Assembly: GCA_963675525.2 (NCBI GenBank)
Contig: CAXXSL010000013.1
Location: forward strand, 384,001-448,000
Source: Anaerohalosphaeraceae bacterium
Lineage (GTDB): Bacteria > Planctomycetota > Phycisphaerae > Sedimentisphaerales > Anaerohalosphaeraceae
Direction: 5' to 3'
Length of the DNA: 64,000 nucleotides
The translations under genes and the position numbers were made by a program. Below the pieces are notes generated by a model. That model was not told where the DNA came from and made no database searches. It worked only from the letters and a program-made list of their open reading frames with translations. Positions 17,727-27,898 of this stretch are shown here, piece after piece (the stretch's first letter is position 1; each line of letters starts with the position of its first letter).

Positions 17727-18824
17727 TTACACCCCAAAACTTGTGCCCACCGCTTTGGCGGCGGCAACGAGCGGGTCGTTTGTTTTGACTGTTTTTATTT
17801 TTCCCGCAATACGAGACAGCGGCACGTCACCAAGCTTGCCGTCTTTCCAGACGACCAGACGATTGACATGCCCTTTCATCAGCAATTCCAATGCATGGTG
17901 GCCGAAATTGGTCCCCAGTATGCGGTCCATCGGCGTTGGTGAACCGCCCCGCTGAACATGGCCCAGATTGACCGCCCGGCAGGACAGGCCCGTTATTTGC
18001 TCAAGCTGCTCAGCCAACACACCGGAAACGCCGCCCAGGCGAATCGGATCGGGGCTGTTTTTGATCTTCTTAAAAATGGTCTGTTTGCCGCCTTTGGCTT
18101 TGGCGCCTTCGGCAACCGTAATAATGCTGAACCGTTTGCCTTTCTTGGAACGGGCCAGAACGTAGTCTGCGATCTTGTCCAGCATATACGGGATTTCCGG
18201 GATCAAAATCACATCCGAGCCCCCCGCCACGCCCGCGTGCAGCGCGATCCAGCCCGCATAGCGGCCCATGACCTCAATGATCATGACGCGGTGGTGCGAA
18301 CTGGCGGTGGTGTGAATCTTATCAATCGCGTCCGTGGCTGTTGTTACCGCGGTATTAAAACCGAATGTCACATCCGTCCCAAAAATATCGTTGTCAATGG
18401 TTTTAGGAACGCCCATAACGGGAAATCCCTTCGCAGCGAATTCCGCCGCCGACGCCATGGTCCCGTCTCCACCGATGCAAACAAGGGCTTCAATACCATG
18501 CTGTCTGAGATTTTCCATGCATTGATCCGAAACGTCTTTGTTTCGCGTCCGCTTGCCGACCGTCACCGGGAATGAAAACGGATTGGAGGTATTCGACGAG
18601 CCGAGAATGGTTCCGCCGATCGTCAGGATACCGCTGACATCCTGATAGTTCAGCGGATGGATGCGGCCTTCGATCAAGCCCAGATAACCGTCTTCGATTC
18701 CCCAGACGTCGAGTTTGTGACGATTGATCGCGGTTTTTGTGACCGCACGAATCACGGCATTTAAGCCCGGACAATCGCCCCCGCCCGTCATGACCGCAAT
18801 GCGTTTAATCTTTTTCTTTGCCAT
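17727..18824 (-). CDS. pfkA: 6-phosphofructokinase, PfkA family (group III-type signature)
   Basis: TGGGDCPGLN, GGDGT, PKTIDND, EVMGR, LGHVQRGG. Confidence 0.93.
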   Translation of the reverse strand: MAKKKIKRIAVMTGGGDCPGLNAVIRAVTKTAINRHKLDVWGIEDGYLGLIEGRIHPLNYQDVSGILTIGGTILGSSNTSNPFSFPVTVGKRTRNKDVSDQCMENLRQHGIEALVCIGGDGTMASAAEFAAKGFPVMGVPKTIDNDIFGTDVTFGFNTAVTTATDAIDKIHTTASSHHRVMIIEVMGRYAGWIALHAGVAGGSDVILIPEIPYMLDKIADYVLARSKKGKRFSIITVAEGAKAKGGKQTIFKKIKNSPDPIRLGGVSGVLAEQLEQITGLSCRAVNLGHVQRGGSPTPMDRILGTNFGHHALELLMKGHVNRLVVWKDGKLGDVPLSRIAGKIKTVKTNDPLVAAAKAVGTSFGV

Positions 18825-18882
18825 ACGCCTGAACCTTTCAAAAAATCCTTTTTCTATACTTTACGAAAAACGGCGCAAAAAA

Positions 18883-18915
18883 CAAGGCCTCAGTTCGTAA
18901 AAACTTAAGGCCTTG
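18883..18915 (-). terminator. Probable terminator after tkt
   Basis: CAAGGCCTCAGTT...AACTTAAGGCCTTG hairpin, followed by a T-tract on the minus strand. Confidence 0.6.
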
Positions 18916-18937
18916 CTGTTTCATTGTTTTTGAAAGA

Positions 18938-20965
18938 TTAGACTTTTGCGATGGATTTTTTAGCCGCTGCAACTACGGCTTCGGCGGTGAAACCGAAGTT
19001 TTTGAAGCAGTCTTTGAACGTACCGGAGGAACCGAACGTGGTCATGCCGATAAACTCGCCATCGGTTCCGAGGTATTTCCACCAGCCGTGTTCGACACCG
19101 GCTTCAACCCCGACACGCGCCTTGACGGACGCCGGAATGACACTTTCCTTATAGGCGGCATCCTGCTGATCGAACAATTCCCAGCACGGCATGGAGACCA
19201 CCTGGGCCTTGACGCCTTCGCCAGCCAATGTCGCATGAGCCTCAACGGCAAGCTGCACTTCCGAACCGGTCGCCAACAGCAGGACATCCGGCTTGGCTTC
19301 AGGAATCAGGACATACGCCCCTTTGTCAAAATTCTTCATGCCGGTATATTTCGCCGGATCCAGAACGGGAAGGTTCTGGCGGGTCAGCGCCGTTGCCACA
19401 GGCCCGTCATTATGCTCTAAGATATATTTCCACATCAGGACCGTTTCGTTGGCATCGGCCGGACGGAATGTTAACAGGTTTGGCAGTATTCTCAGCGAAG
19501 CAAGCGTCTCCACCGGCTGATGGGTCGGGCCGTCTTCGCCGACACCGATACTGTCATGGGTAAACAGGAAAATCGTCGGGTACTTGGAGATTGCCGCAAC
19601 ACGAAGCGCCCCCCGCATATAATCGGCAAAGACCATAAATGTTCCGCCGTACGGACGTAGGATACCGCTAACGGCAATCCCGTTCATGATGGCAGCCATC
19701 GCATGTTCTCGTACACCGTAGCGGATATAGCGACCGGTGCGGTTGTCTTTCTGGAAATCCTGAGCCTCCTTGAAATGCGTATTGTTGGAGGGCGTCAGAT
19801 CCGCCGAACCGGCCAGTACCAGCGGCATCGACGGCATCAGGGCCGCGAGTGTCTTGCCGGAAGCTGAACGTGTCGCGATCGGAGCTGCCGGGTCAAAAAT
19901 CGGCAGTTTGCTTTCGTCAATTTTGACCTTCCCTGCAATCGCATCGGTTAATTCTTTGGCCAGTTCCGGATACGCCTTGGCGTAAGCATCAAAGAGTTCC
20001 TGGTATTCGGCTCGGAGCTTCGCCGCTTTTTCTTTGGCTTGCCCTGCAAGCGCAGCCGCTTCGGCAGGCACGACAAATTTCTTTTCCGGGTCCCAGCCTG
20101 CATTGGTTTTGATGAGCTTGATTTCGTCGTCACCCAGCGGCGCCCCATGCGCCGTGTGGGTATCCTGGAAGTTGGGACTGCCGAATCCAATGTGTGAACG
20201 AAACTTGATCAGCGTCGGGGCCTTCGTTTGACTGCGAGCGGCCTCCAGGGCCTTCTCCAAGTCTTCGATATTCTCACCATCGCCGCCCACTTCGATGACA
20301 TTCCAATGGTACGCCTTATATCGCTGAACAACATCTTCCGTAAATGACAGGCTGGTTTCGCCGTCAATGGTAATGTGGTTGTCGTCATAAATGACGACCA
20401 GGTTGTCCAGTCCAAGATGCCCTGCCAGAGAACTGGCTTCGCCGCTGACGCCTTCCTGCAAACACCCATCGCCGCAGATGGCGTAAATCGTGTAATCGAA
20501 GATGGAAAACTTATCTTTATTGTAACGAGCGGCCAGATATTTTTGAGCAATCGCCATTCCCACGGCATTGGAAACCCCTTGTCCAAGCGGACCGGTAGTG
20601 ACTTCCACACCCGCCGTATGGCCATATTCAGGATGACCGGCAGTCAGGCTGCCCCATTGGCGGAATTTTTTCAATTCATCCAGCGGCATATCATACCCGA
20701 ACAGATGCAAGAGTGAATAAAGCAGCATACTGCCATGGCCCGCAGACAGAACAAAACGGTCACGATTGATCCACTTCGGATCATTTGGGTCGAATTTAAG
20801 GTGCCGCTGCCAAAGGGCATAAGCCGCTGCCGCCATCCCCATCGGCATCCCCGGATGGCCGGATTTAGCCGCCTGAACACCATCCATTGAAAGAAAGCGT
20901 ATGGTTTGAACGCATACATTATCAAGTTCTGAAAGTCCGGACATTGCTTCTTTGACCTCCTGCAT
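18938..20965 (-). CDS. tkt: Transketolase
   Basis: SGHPG, RDRFVLSAGH, TTGPLGQG, GDGCLQEG, GEDGPTHQP. Confidence 0.97.
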   Translation of the reverse strand: MQEVKEAMSGLSELDNVCVQTIRFLSMDGVQAAKSGHPGMPMGMAAAAYALWQRHLKFDPNDPKWINRDRFVLSAGHGSMLLYSLLHLFGYDMPLDELKKFRQWGSLTAGHPEYGHTAGVEVTTGPLGQGVSNAVGMAIAQKYLAARYNKDKFSIFDYTIYAICGDGCLQEGVSGEASSLAGHLGLDNLVVIYDDNHITIDGETSLSFTEDVVQRYKAYHWNVIEVGGDGENIEDLEKALEAARSQTKAPTLIKFRSHIGFGSPNFQDTHTAHGAPLGDDEIKLIKTNAGWDPEKKFVVPAEAAALAGQAKEKAAKLRAEYQELFDAYAKAYPELAKELTDAIAGKVKIDESKLPIFDPAAPIATRSASGKTLAALMPSMPLVLAGSADLTPSNNTHFKEAQDFQKDNRTGRYIRYGVREHAMAAIMNGIAVSGILRPYGGTFMVFADYMRGALRVAAISKYPTIFLFTHDSIGVGEDGPTHQPVETLASLRILPNLLTFRPADANETVLMWKYILEHNDGPVATALTRQNLPVLDPAKYTGMKNFDKGAYVLIPEAKPDVLLLATGSEVQLAVEAHATLAGEGVKAQVVSMPCWELFDQQDAAYKESVIPASVKARVGVEAGVEHGWWKYLGTDGEFIGMTTFGSSGTFKDCFKNFGFTAEAVVAAAKKSIAKV

Positions 20966-21394
20966 AAGTTATTTATATTAAAATAGTTACAAAATATTCA
21001 ACGATTGAACGGATGCTTTTTACTGTACGATAAAGGACACGTATGATACTCATCAAAAACATTTGTTGCAAGGATTTTAGAGAAAATACGCAACAAAAAG
21101 TAAATTAAGACGTCTAATAATATAGAAGAACAAAATATGTCCCAAAAACGTACAAAAAACAACTTGAGTAATGTTAGAAGAGAGGATTTTTTATTAATTT
21201 TTCTTATATATACATAAGCTCTACTTTTTACTAAAAGTATTTAATGAGCGGCTGAAGCTGGAATGTTTTTCCGATATCTTCTTTAAAAATAAAGAGTTAC
21301 AGATAAACAAAAGAAGGCTTCTCACATAAGATTTGAGATAACTTTTAGTAATCAATTGACTTTAAATATTAATTCTGTTATTATCCTTCTGATT

Positions 21395-22846
21395 ATGACA
21401 ACAACACGGAAAAGTACAGGGAAGAAACCCCTTAAGAAGGCAGCCAAAAAGAAACCCTCTTCTGCGGCAGTCGAAAAGGTCAAACGTCCCACAAAGGCGT
21501 TTCGTACTTATGGTCAGGCAATGCAGTATTTATTCAATGCGACTGATTATGAGCGACAGCAGAAGCTGCGCTATAATGTCACCACGTTCGACCTGGACCG
21601 TATGAATAAATTACTGAAAGGTTTGGGGGATCCGCATAAAAAAACAAAAACCATCCATATTGCCGGTACGAAAGGAAAAGGCTCAACCGCCACAATGCTG
21701 GCCAAGATGATCCAGGCTAACGGCTATAAGGTTGGCCTGTACACCTCGCCGCACGTCACTTCTCTGCATGAACGAATCGTGGTTGACTCGGAAATGATCT
21801 CTCGGAAAAACATGCTGAGTTTGATCAACCGTTTATACCCGGTCATTGAAAAGCTGGCAAAAAATGATGACAGCCCGACCTTTTTTGAGATCATGACAGC
21901 TATTGCCTTTTTGCATTTTGCCGACACCGGTGTCGATGTCTCTGTAATTGAAACGGGCCTGGGAGGTCGTTTAGACAGTACAAACGTTATCAGCCCGGAA
22001 TTAATCGGAATTACCCATATCAGTATCGATCATCAAAATCTTCTTGGCAATTCTCTGGACAGCATCGCTACGGAAAAAGCCGGTGTTATCAAGAAGGGGA
22101 TTCCGGTGGTTACCGTACCACAGGAAGCAGTCGCCATGCGTGCACTGAAAAAGCAGGCAAATGCCCTGAACGCCCCTCTTGTTGTTACAGGGAAAGATGT
22201 TGATTTTTCCTATCGGTTCGAGTCTTCACGTGAGCATGGTCCTCATAACCGGATTTGCCTGACGACTCCCAGCAGTCGATTCGAACACCTTCGTGTACCG
22301 CTGCCGGGAGAACATCAGGCCATCAATTGCGGTCTGGCGCTTGCAATGCTGGATAAACTGAAACATCAGGGATATACGATTGATGACCAGAAAGCTATTT
22401 CCGGCTTGAATGAAGTTAAACTGGTTGGCCGAATGGAAATGGTCTGCGAGGACCCTCGCATTCTGGTCGATGCCGCTCATAATGCATCGAGTATCCGTGC
22501 CTTAATCCAGGCGATTGGCCAGCATGTACCGTACGACTCGATGATCATCATTTTAGGCTGCAACAACGACAAAGACATACGAGGCATTCTAACCGAACTT
22601 CAGTACGGTGCCGATAAAGTCATTTTTACGCGCAGCAATTCTCCGAAAGCTGTTTATCCGGGAGATCTTGCCGATATGTATACTGAGGTCTGTGGAAAGA
22701 TGTGCCAAACCACTCTTTCCCTCAAGGAAGCGATCCGCGTTGCCCGCAGCGCCGTTTCACGTGAAGATCTAATATGTATTACCGGCAGTTTCTATTTAGT
22801 GGGCCAGGCAAAACAACTGTTTTCGTCTGAAAATATAACGCCATAA
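21395..22846 (+). CDS. folC: Folylpolyglutamate/dihydrofolate synthase
   Basis: IHIAGTKGKGS, YTSPH, ETGLGGRLDSTN, DAAHN, TGSFYLVG. Confidence 0.93.
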   Translation: MTTTRKSTGKKPLKKAAKKKPSSAAVEKVKRPTKAFRTYGQAMQYLFNATDYERQQKLRYNVTTFDLDRMNKLLKGLGDPHKKTKTIHIAGTKGKGSTATMLAKMIQANGYKVGLYTSPHVTSLHERIVVDSEMISRKNMLSLINRLYPVIEKLAKNDDSPTFFEIMTAIAFLHFADTGVDVSVIETGLGGRLDSTNVISPELIGITHISIDHQNLLGNSLDSIATEKAGVIKKGIPVVTVPQEAVAMRALKKQANALNAPLVVTGKDVDFSYRFESSREHGPHNRICLTTPSSRFEHLRVPLPGEHQAINCGLALAMLDKLKHQGYTIDDQKAISGLNEVKLVGRMEMVCEDPRILVDAAHNASSIRALIQAIGQHVPYDSMIIILGCNNDKDIRGILTELQYGADKVIFTRSNSPKAVYPGDLADMYTEVCGKMCQTTLSLKEAIRVARSAVSREDLICITGSFYLVGQAKQLFSSENITP

Positions 22847-23081
22847 ACCCTCTTTTCAGTCGACATATGCACGCTTTTATCAGCGCTTAGGTTTTTTAAA
22901 AATATCCTCTATTTGACTGATTTTTTAGTTGCTTTAAAATAACGGAGCGATAAACTTTTGTTCAGGTTTATCGGAAAAAAGTGTATAGAGTAAGACCGTC
23001 ATGACGATAAAGAACTAATGAAAAACGTAACTAAATTAAATGTAATCAGGAAACAAACGGATTTTTGAAAGGAGATCAAAA

Positions 23082-23873
23082 ATGAGAAAAGTTTTAGTGG
23101 GACTGTTGGTATTATGGAGTGTTGCCGCTGTCGCAAATGCTGCGAACATCGGCGGCCAGGAAGTGGGTGTCACGGTTGATACAACGTATACAACCAAGTA
23201 CATCTGGCGCGGTTTTGATATACTGGATGACAAGGCCGCTTTCCAGCCAAGTGTTAACTTTGATCTTGGCAATGGCTTTAGCTTTAATGTCTGGGGTTCG
23301 CTCGCCGGTTCCTCAAAAGGCGATGGCAGCAAAAGTACTGTGGATGCCGAGGAATGGGATTATACTCTGGCCTACAGCAATTCAATCAACGAAGGGTGTT
23401 CTTCCAAGACGGACTACACCATCGGATGGCGTTTCTATGACTATCCGGATATGGCGTCCAATGATGCTGATCTCCAGGAAGTCTTCCTGAGCGTCGCCAT
23501 GCCGGAACTGGTTGGCGGCGGTGTTACCCCGCATGCTGCATTCATGCAGATGTGGCCCTCTGAAGGCAGCGGTGCAGTCCACGATTATTCCGGCGCTATT
23601 TACCTGGTTGGTTTAACGTATGGTTTTTCTCTGGACAGCGCCCCTGAACTGCCGATGACGTTTGGCTGGGATATCGTCTACAACGACGGAACCGGTGCCG
23701 ATGCCGTCGATTCAGACTGGTCGCACATGGTTTGGAGCCTGTCAACATCCATGACATGCCCGATGACCGGCGCATCTGTTACTCCGGCCATCTACTACCA
23801 GAACTCTTTCGAAGACACCGTCAACACTGAAGATGAATTCTGGGCAAGCATTTCTTATAGCTTCAACTTCTAA
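23082..23873 (+). CDS. Outer-membrane beta-barrel (TorF-like putative porin)
   Basis: Signal peptide, KYIWRG, alternating beta-strand pattern, terminal YSFNF; strong SD. Confidence 0.7.
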   Translation: MRKVLVGLLVLWSVAAVANAANIGGQEVGVTVDTTYTTKYIWRGFDILDDKAAFQPSVNFDLGNGFSFNVWGSLAGSSKGDGSKSTVDAEEWDYTLAYSNSINEGCSSKTDYTIGWRFYDYPDMASNDADLQEVFLSVAMPELVGGGVTPHAAFMQMWPSEGSGAVHDYSGAIYLVGLTYGFSLDSAPELPMTFGWDIVYNDGTGADAVDSDWSHMVWSLSTSMTCPMTGASVTPAIYYQNSFEDTVNTEDEFWASISYSFNF

Positions 23874-23894
23874 GCTTGTTTGAAAATACCATTG

Positions 23895-23929
23895 AAAAAG
23901 GCCGGCCCTGAAAAGCCGGCCTTTTTTTT
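23895..23929. terminator. Bidirectional intrinsic terminator
   Basis: AAAAAGGCCGGC-CCTGAAAA-GCCGGCCTTTTTTTT. Confidence 0.85.
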
Positions 23930-23946
23930 GCCATTATCCGGAAATC

Positions 23947-24957
23947 TTATTGTATCCGGCCTGTGACATAACTCAAAAGAGCTGTAAGTGATTCTTTTGC
24001 CGGAGATAGAGGAATGGCTTCCAGATGCCGCTTTGCCTGCAAGATTCGTTTGTTTACCTGAGTAACAGCGGCATCAAGGCTGCCGGATTGTTTCATTTGC
24101 TCAACCAATACCTTCATCGAACAGCCTTGTTTGAGTTGGTCGATTCGCCGTTCTTTTTGGTCCTGATGCTGATGAACCCAGTGAATCACCGGCAATGTAC
24201 ATTTGCCCTGAAGTAAATCCGTCCCCAGTGTTTTTCCGGTTTCCTGCTCGTCACCTGTCATATCCAGCAGGTCGTCGGTTATTTGAAAAGCAACACCTAA
24301 GTCGGTCCCAAACTCGCCAATAGCCTGTATTTGTTCGTTAGAGGCTTTGGACGCAATTGCTCCAAGCTGGCAACTGCATCTGAACAAAGCCGCGGTTTTG
24401 GCGTCGATCAACTGATAGTATTGATGCTCCGAAATCTCCCAATTCCCTTTTTGGAAATTTTGCTGTAACTCCCCGTAGCAAAGGTCCTGAGCGGTTCGGC
24501 TCATGATGTCGACCGCTTCAGCAAATGGCACCTTGGTCCCCAGATAAAAAGCCTGGCTCAGAAGAAAATCACCTAAAAGAACAGCCGCTGTATTGCCCCA
24601 CAGAACATTCGCGGTTGTTTTGTCACGGCGTAGTTCGGCTGAATCGATAACATCATCATGTAAAAGCGAGGCACGATGCAGCAACTCAACCATCGCTGCA
24701 AGGTCAATATGTACCGCGTTAATCGGTCCAAAGCATTTACCTGATAACAGCACCAGGGATGGACGCAGCATTTTTCCGGGCTGACTGGCTAAACTGTAAA
24801 GGCATTCGGCAATCTGCTCGTTTGAAACGCGCAATAACTGATTGATGCATACATGGACCTGTTCAATTTCAGACCGGACCGGATCCAAAAAGCGAAGTTG
24901 CGAATCCACTTCAAGCGGAATAGCGGATAACTGATTATCCTTTTCAGGTGCGTGCAT
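23947..24957 (-). CDS. Long-chain polyprenyl diphosphate synthase (IspB-like)
   Basis: GKMLRP, LLHDDVID, KTA, FQITDDLLD. Confidence 0.9.
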   Translation of the reverse strand: MHAPEKDNQLSAIPLEVDSQLRFLDPVRSEIEQVHVCINQLLRVSNEQIAECLYSLASQPGKMLRPSLVLLSGKCFGPINAVHIDLAAMVELLHRASLLHDDVIDSAELRRDKTTANVLWGNTAAVLLGDFLLSQAFYLGTKVPFAEAVDIMSRTAQDLCYGELQQNFQKGNWEISEHQYYQLIDAKTAALFRCSCQLGAIASKASNEQIQAIGEFGTDLGVAFQITDDLLDMTGDEQETGKTLGTDLLQGKCTLPVIHWVHQHQDQKERRIDQLKQGCSMKVLVEQMKQSGSLDAAVTQVNKRILQAKRHLEAIPLSPAKESLTALLSYVTGRIQ

Positions 24958-25801
24958 ATTCAAAGAACTTTTTCCGCAGTAATTTCGTGATCGTGCCGGG
25001 GGCACCGTTTCCAACCTGACGCCCGTCCATCAGTACAACACCGATAACTTCGGCGGCAGTGCCGGTAAGAAACATTTCATCGGCAATATAAAGATCGAAC
25101 CGTGTCAGGTTTTTTTCGACAACTTGAATGTCTTCCTTGCCCGCAAGTTCGATGACCACCTGACGGGTAATACCGTCCAGCGAACCGGCCTGGACCGGCG
25201 GCGTATAAACGATGCCGTTTTTAACAATGAAAACATTGTCGCCGGTCGCTTCGGCAACATAGCCCAGATGATTATACATGATGCCCTCGCTGGCACCGGC
25301 CCGAACAGCTTCAATCTTAGCCAGAATATTATTAAGATAGTTCAGGCTTTTAACCTGCGGCGGACAGGCCAGCGGGTGGTTTCGTATGGTCGAAACGCTG
25401 ACCACTTCCATTCCCTTTTCATACAACTCTTCGGGATAAAGCTGGATGTTGTCTGCGATAATAATGATCCCGCCCTCATGACAAATAAAAGGGTTCAAAC
25501 CAAGGTCGCCGGTTCCACGGGTCACAATGAGGCGGATATATCCTTCCTGTACATTATTCGCCCGAATAGCCTGCTCCATCGCATCCTTCATTTCATCAGG
25601 ACTTATCGATATCGGAAGACAAATCACTTTTGCAGACTCATAAAGACGGTCCAGGTGAGCCCGGCATTCAAATATCTTCCCAGCGTAGACCCGGATACCC
25701 TCGAACACACCATCACCATAGAGCAACCCGTGATCAAACACGGAAATTTTTGCATCCTGTTCATCGACCAAATTGCCGTTTATCCAGACTTTCATTCCCA
25801 T
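24944..25801 (-). CDS. ilvE: Branched-chain amino acid aminotransferase
   Basis: HGLLYGDGVFEGIR, KSLNY, LDGITR, TGTAAE. Confidence 0.95.
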   Translation of the reverse strand: MGMKVWINGNLVDEQDAKISVFDHGLLYGDGVFEGIRVYAGKIFECRAHLDRLYESAKVICLPISISPDEMKDAMEQAIRANNVQEGYIRLIVTRGTGDLGLNPFICHEGGIIIIADNIQLYPEELYEKGMEVVSVSTIRNHPLACPPQVKSLNYLNNILAKIEAVRAGASEGIMYNHLGYVAEATGDNVFIVKNGIVYTPPVQAGSLDGITRQVVIELAGKEDIQVVEKNLTRFDLYIADEMFLTGTAAEVIGVVLMDGRQVGNGAPGTITKLLRKKFFEYART

Positions 25802-25834
25802 CTGTCTCTCCAGAATTTTAACGATATCATGCTA

Positions 25835-26530
25835 TTATTCTGCCTGTTTAATTTTCCCGTCAACCAGCCGAATAACGGTTTGAGCCTGGGCTGCAATCCG
25901 CTCATCATGGGTCACCATGATCATCGTCTGTCCTTCGGCATTCAATTCCTTCAACGCCTCTAAGATACCATGTCCTGTCCGAGAGTCAAGATTTCCCGTT
26001 GGTTCATCGGCTAAAAGCAGCGGCGGGTCGTTAATCAGGGCACGTGCGATCGCCACACGCTGCCGCTCGCCACCGGATAATTCGTACGGTTTATGCCGCA
26101 ATCGTTCTTTCAGACCAAATCGCTCCAAAAGTACCTTTGCCTTGTTCTCGGCTTTTTCCCTCAGGTTAAACCAGCCCAGGGTTCCGGTTGAGGCCATGGC
26201 GGGAACCAGCACATTTTCCAATACCGATAATTCGTCCAAAAGATGGTAAAACTGAAAGACAAACCCAACTTTTTTGTTCCGGAATTGATCCAGTTTTGAC
26301 CGGCGGAAGGTTTTCAGGTTTTGGCCGTCAAATTCAACGTCGCCCTGATCAGGCGTATCCAGAGCCCCCAGAATATGTAACAGCGTACTTTTGCCGCAAC
26401 CTGAGGCTCCAATGATGGCAACAAGCCGGCCCTTTGGGACCGTCAGGTCGACCCCCTTGAGTACTTCAAGTCTGGCCTTGCCCATTTTATACGATTTATG
26501 AATGTTTTTGGCTCTCAATATCGTGTTCAT
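25835..26530 (-). CDS. lolD: ABC ATPase, LolD-like
   Basis: GASGCGKST, FVFQFYHL, LSGGERQR, ADEPTGNLD. Confidence 0.85.
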   Translation of the reverse strand: MNTILRAKNIHKSYKMGKARLEVLKGVDLTVPKGRLVAIIGASGCGKSTLLHILGALDTPDQGDVEFDGQNLKTFRRSKLDQFRNKKVGFVFQFYHLLDELSVLENVLVPAMASTGTLGWFNLREKAENKAKVLLERFGLKERLRHKPYELSGGERQRVAIARALINDPPLLLADEPTGNLDSRTGHGILEALKELNAEGQTMIMVTHDERIAAQAQTVIRLVDGKIKQAE

Positions 26531-26539
26531 TTGACCTCT

Positions 26540-27895
26540 TTATAGCTGATTGACCTGTAAACTTTCAACTGGTTTTTTTCGGGCGGCCTGCAGACTGGGA
26601 ACCAAGCCTCCAATGATACAGGCGGCCAATGCCGACACAAAGATAGCCGCAATCACCGGGAGTTCAATTGTATTGGGAATATCTCCAATTGCATACATCG
26701 TTCGATCCCACAGTTGCCACTGATATTTTGCGTGCAGCCAACCTTCCAAATCATTGACTTTCACCAAAAACGCATAACCGGCAATACTGCCAAGGGAAGC
26801 GCCGATCAGGCCCACAAAAACTGAAAAAAGCAAAAAAACCGTCAGGATTCCCCTGACAGGAACCCCCACGCTTTTCAGGATACCGATATCTTTGCTTTTA
26901 TGGCTGATAATCATATACAAAACAACAAAAATAATAAAAACCGTAATCACACCCAGCATCATAAAGGCCACCATCATCATAACCTGCTCGGTTTCCATCG
27001 GCGCGATGATGCTTCGTCGGTTGACCTGCCAGCTTTGCACCCTTACGTTGTCAAACAGGTCGGCGCCCGGCTTGTTTTTGTATTGCTCGCAGAAATCATT
27101 CCAGAGAGATTGAATTTTTTCAACACCATCCGGAACAGAAATGTCTTCTTTAAATTTAATATGGATCGAGCTGATTCGTTTGAACGGCGTATCCATACCG
27201 CACAGAATCTGCGCCTGCTGTAAGGGAAGATAGATCACACTTCCGTCGGCCCTGGCTAAACCGCTGTGGCTGTCATCGCTGTAATAAAAAGACTTCGTGC
27301 TGACCAGGTCGGTTCCCGCGCGAGCCAGAGCCCCTTTGGAATTCAGCGGAAAAGCACTGATGATAAATTCCAATCCGACTGGGCTGTCCCAGTGATAGTA
27401 TCCTCCATCTGATTGACGGCGTCCCGGAATGACATCCACACCCGGAACACAGCCGGGCCGTTGAGGATCATACTCCGGTTCAAACGTCTTTAGGGTGTCT
27501 TTGGTATAATACAGTGTCTGTGAAAAGGTTGTTGTCCGACTATGGAGAACCGGGTCAATACCGTAAATTTCGACTCCAAAATTATTGTTTTTATCGATTC
27601 GGGGCATCACGGCCATCGCGACCCCTTTGGAGACCGGCGAAGCAGCCAAAACGGAAGATTCGTTTTTCAGGCGTTCCAAAAATTCTTCATAATAGCCAAA
27701 ACCAACAAGCGAATCGGACTCGACGACACAGTCACCGACGAAATTGTGGTTCTTTTCCTTGAAATCGATCACCAAACCGTTCATGACGGTCATGACCACA
27801 ATGACAATGAACACGCACAGCGATACCGCCGAAACCGCCAGAATCGTGATCGGCCTCTTCAGAAAATATCGTGATGCCAGAATCCATTTGTACAT
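26540..27895 (-). CDS. LolC/E-like ABC permease
   Basis: MacB/FtsX topology, VMTVMNG, KDIGILKSVG. Confidence 0.85.
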   Translation of the reverse strand: MYKWILASRYFLKRPITILAVSAVSLCVFIVIVVMTVMNGLVIDFKEKNHNFVGDCVVESDSLVGFGYYEEFLERLKNESSVLAASPVSKGVAMAVMPRIDKNNNFGVEIYGIDPVLHSRTTTFSQTLYYTKDTLKTFEPEYDPQRPGCVPGVDVIPGRRQSDGGYYHWDSPVGLEFIISAFPLNSKGALARAGTDLVSTKSFYYSDDSHSGLARADGSVIYLPLQQAQILCGMDTPFKRISSIHIKFKEDISVPDGVEKIQSLWNDFCEQYKNKPGADLFDNVRVQSWQVNRRSIIAPMETEQVMMMVAFMMLGVITVFIIFVVLYMIISHKSKDIGILKSVGVPVRGILTVFLLFSVFVGLIGASLGSIAGYAFLVKVNDLEGWLHAKYQWQLWDRTMYAIGDIPNTIELPVIAAIFVSALAACIIGGLVPSLQAARKKPVESLQVNQL

Positions 27896-27898
27896 TTT

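Noticed and set aside
20966..21355. ncRNA or riboswitch in the AT-rich tkt-folC gap
   Set aside because: Explained by divergent sigma70-like promoters; no recognisable structured motif
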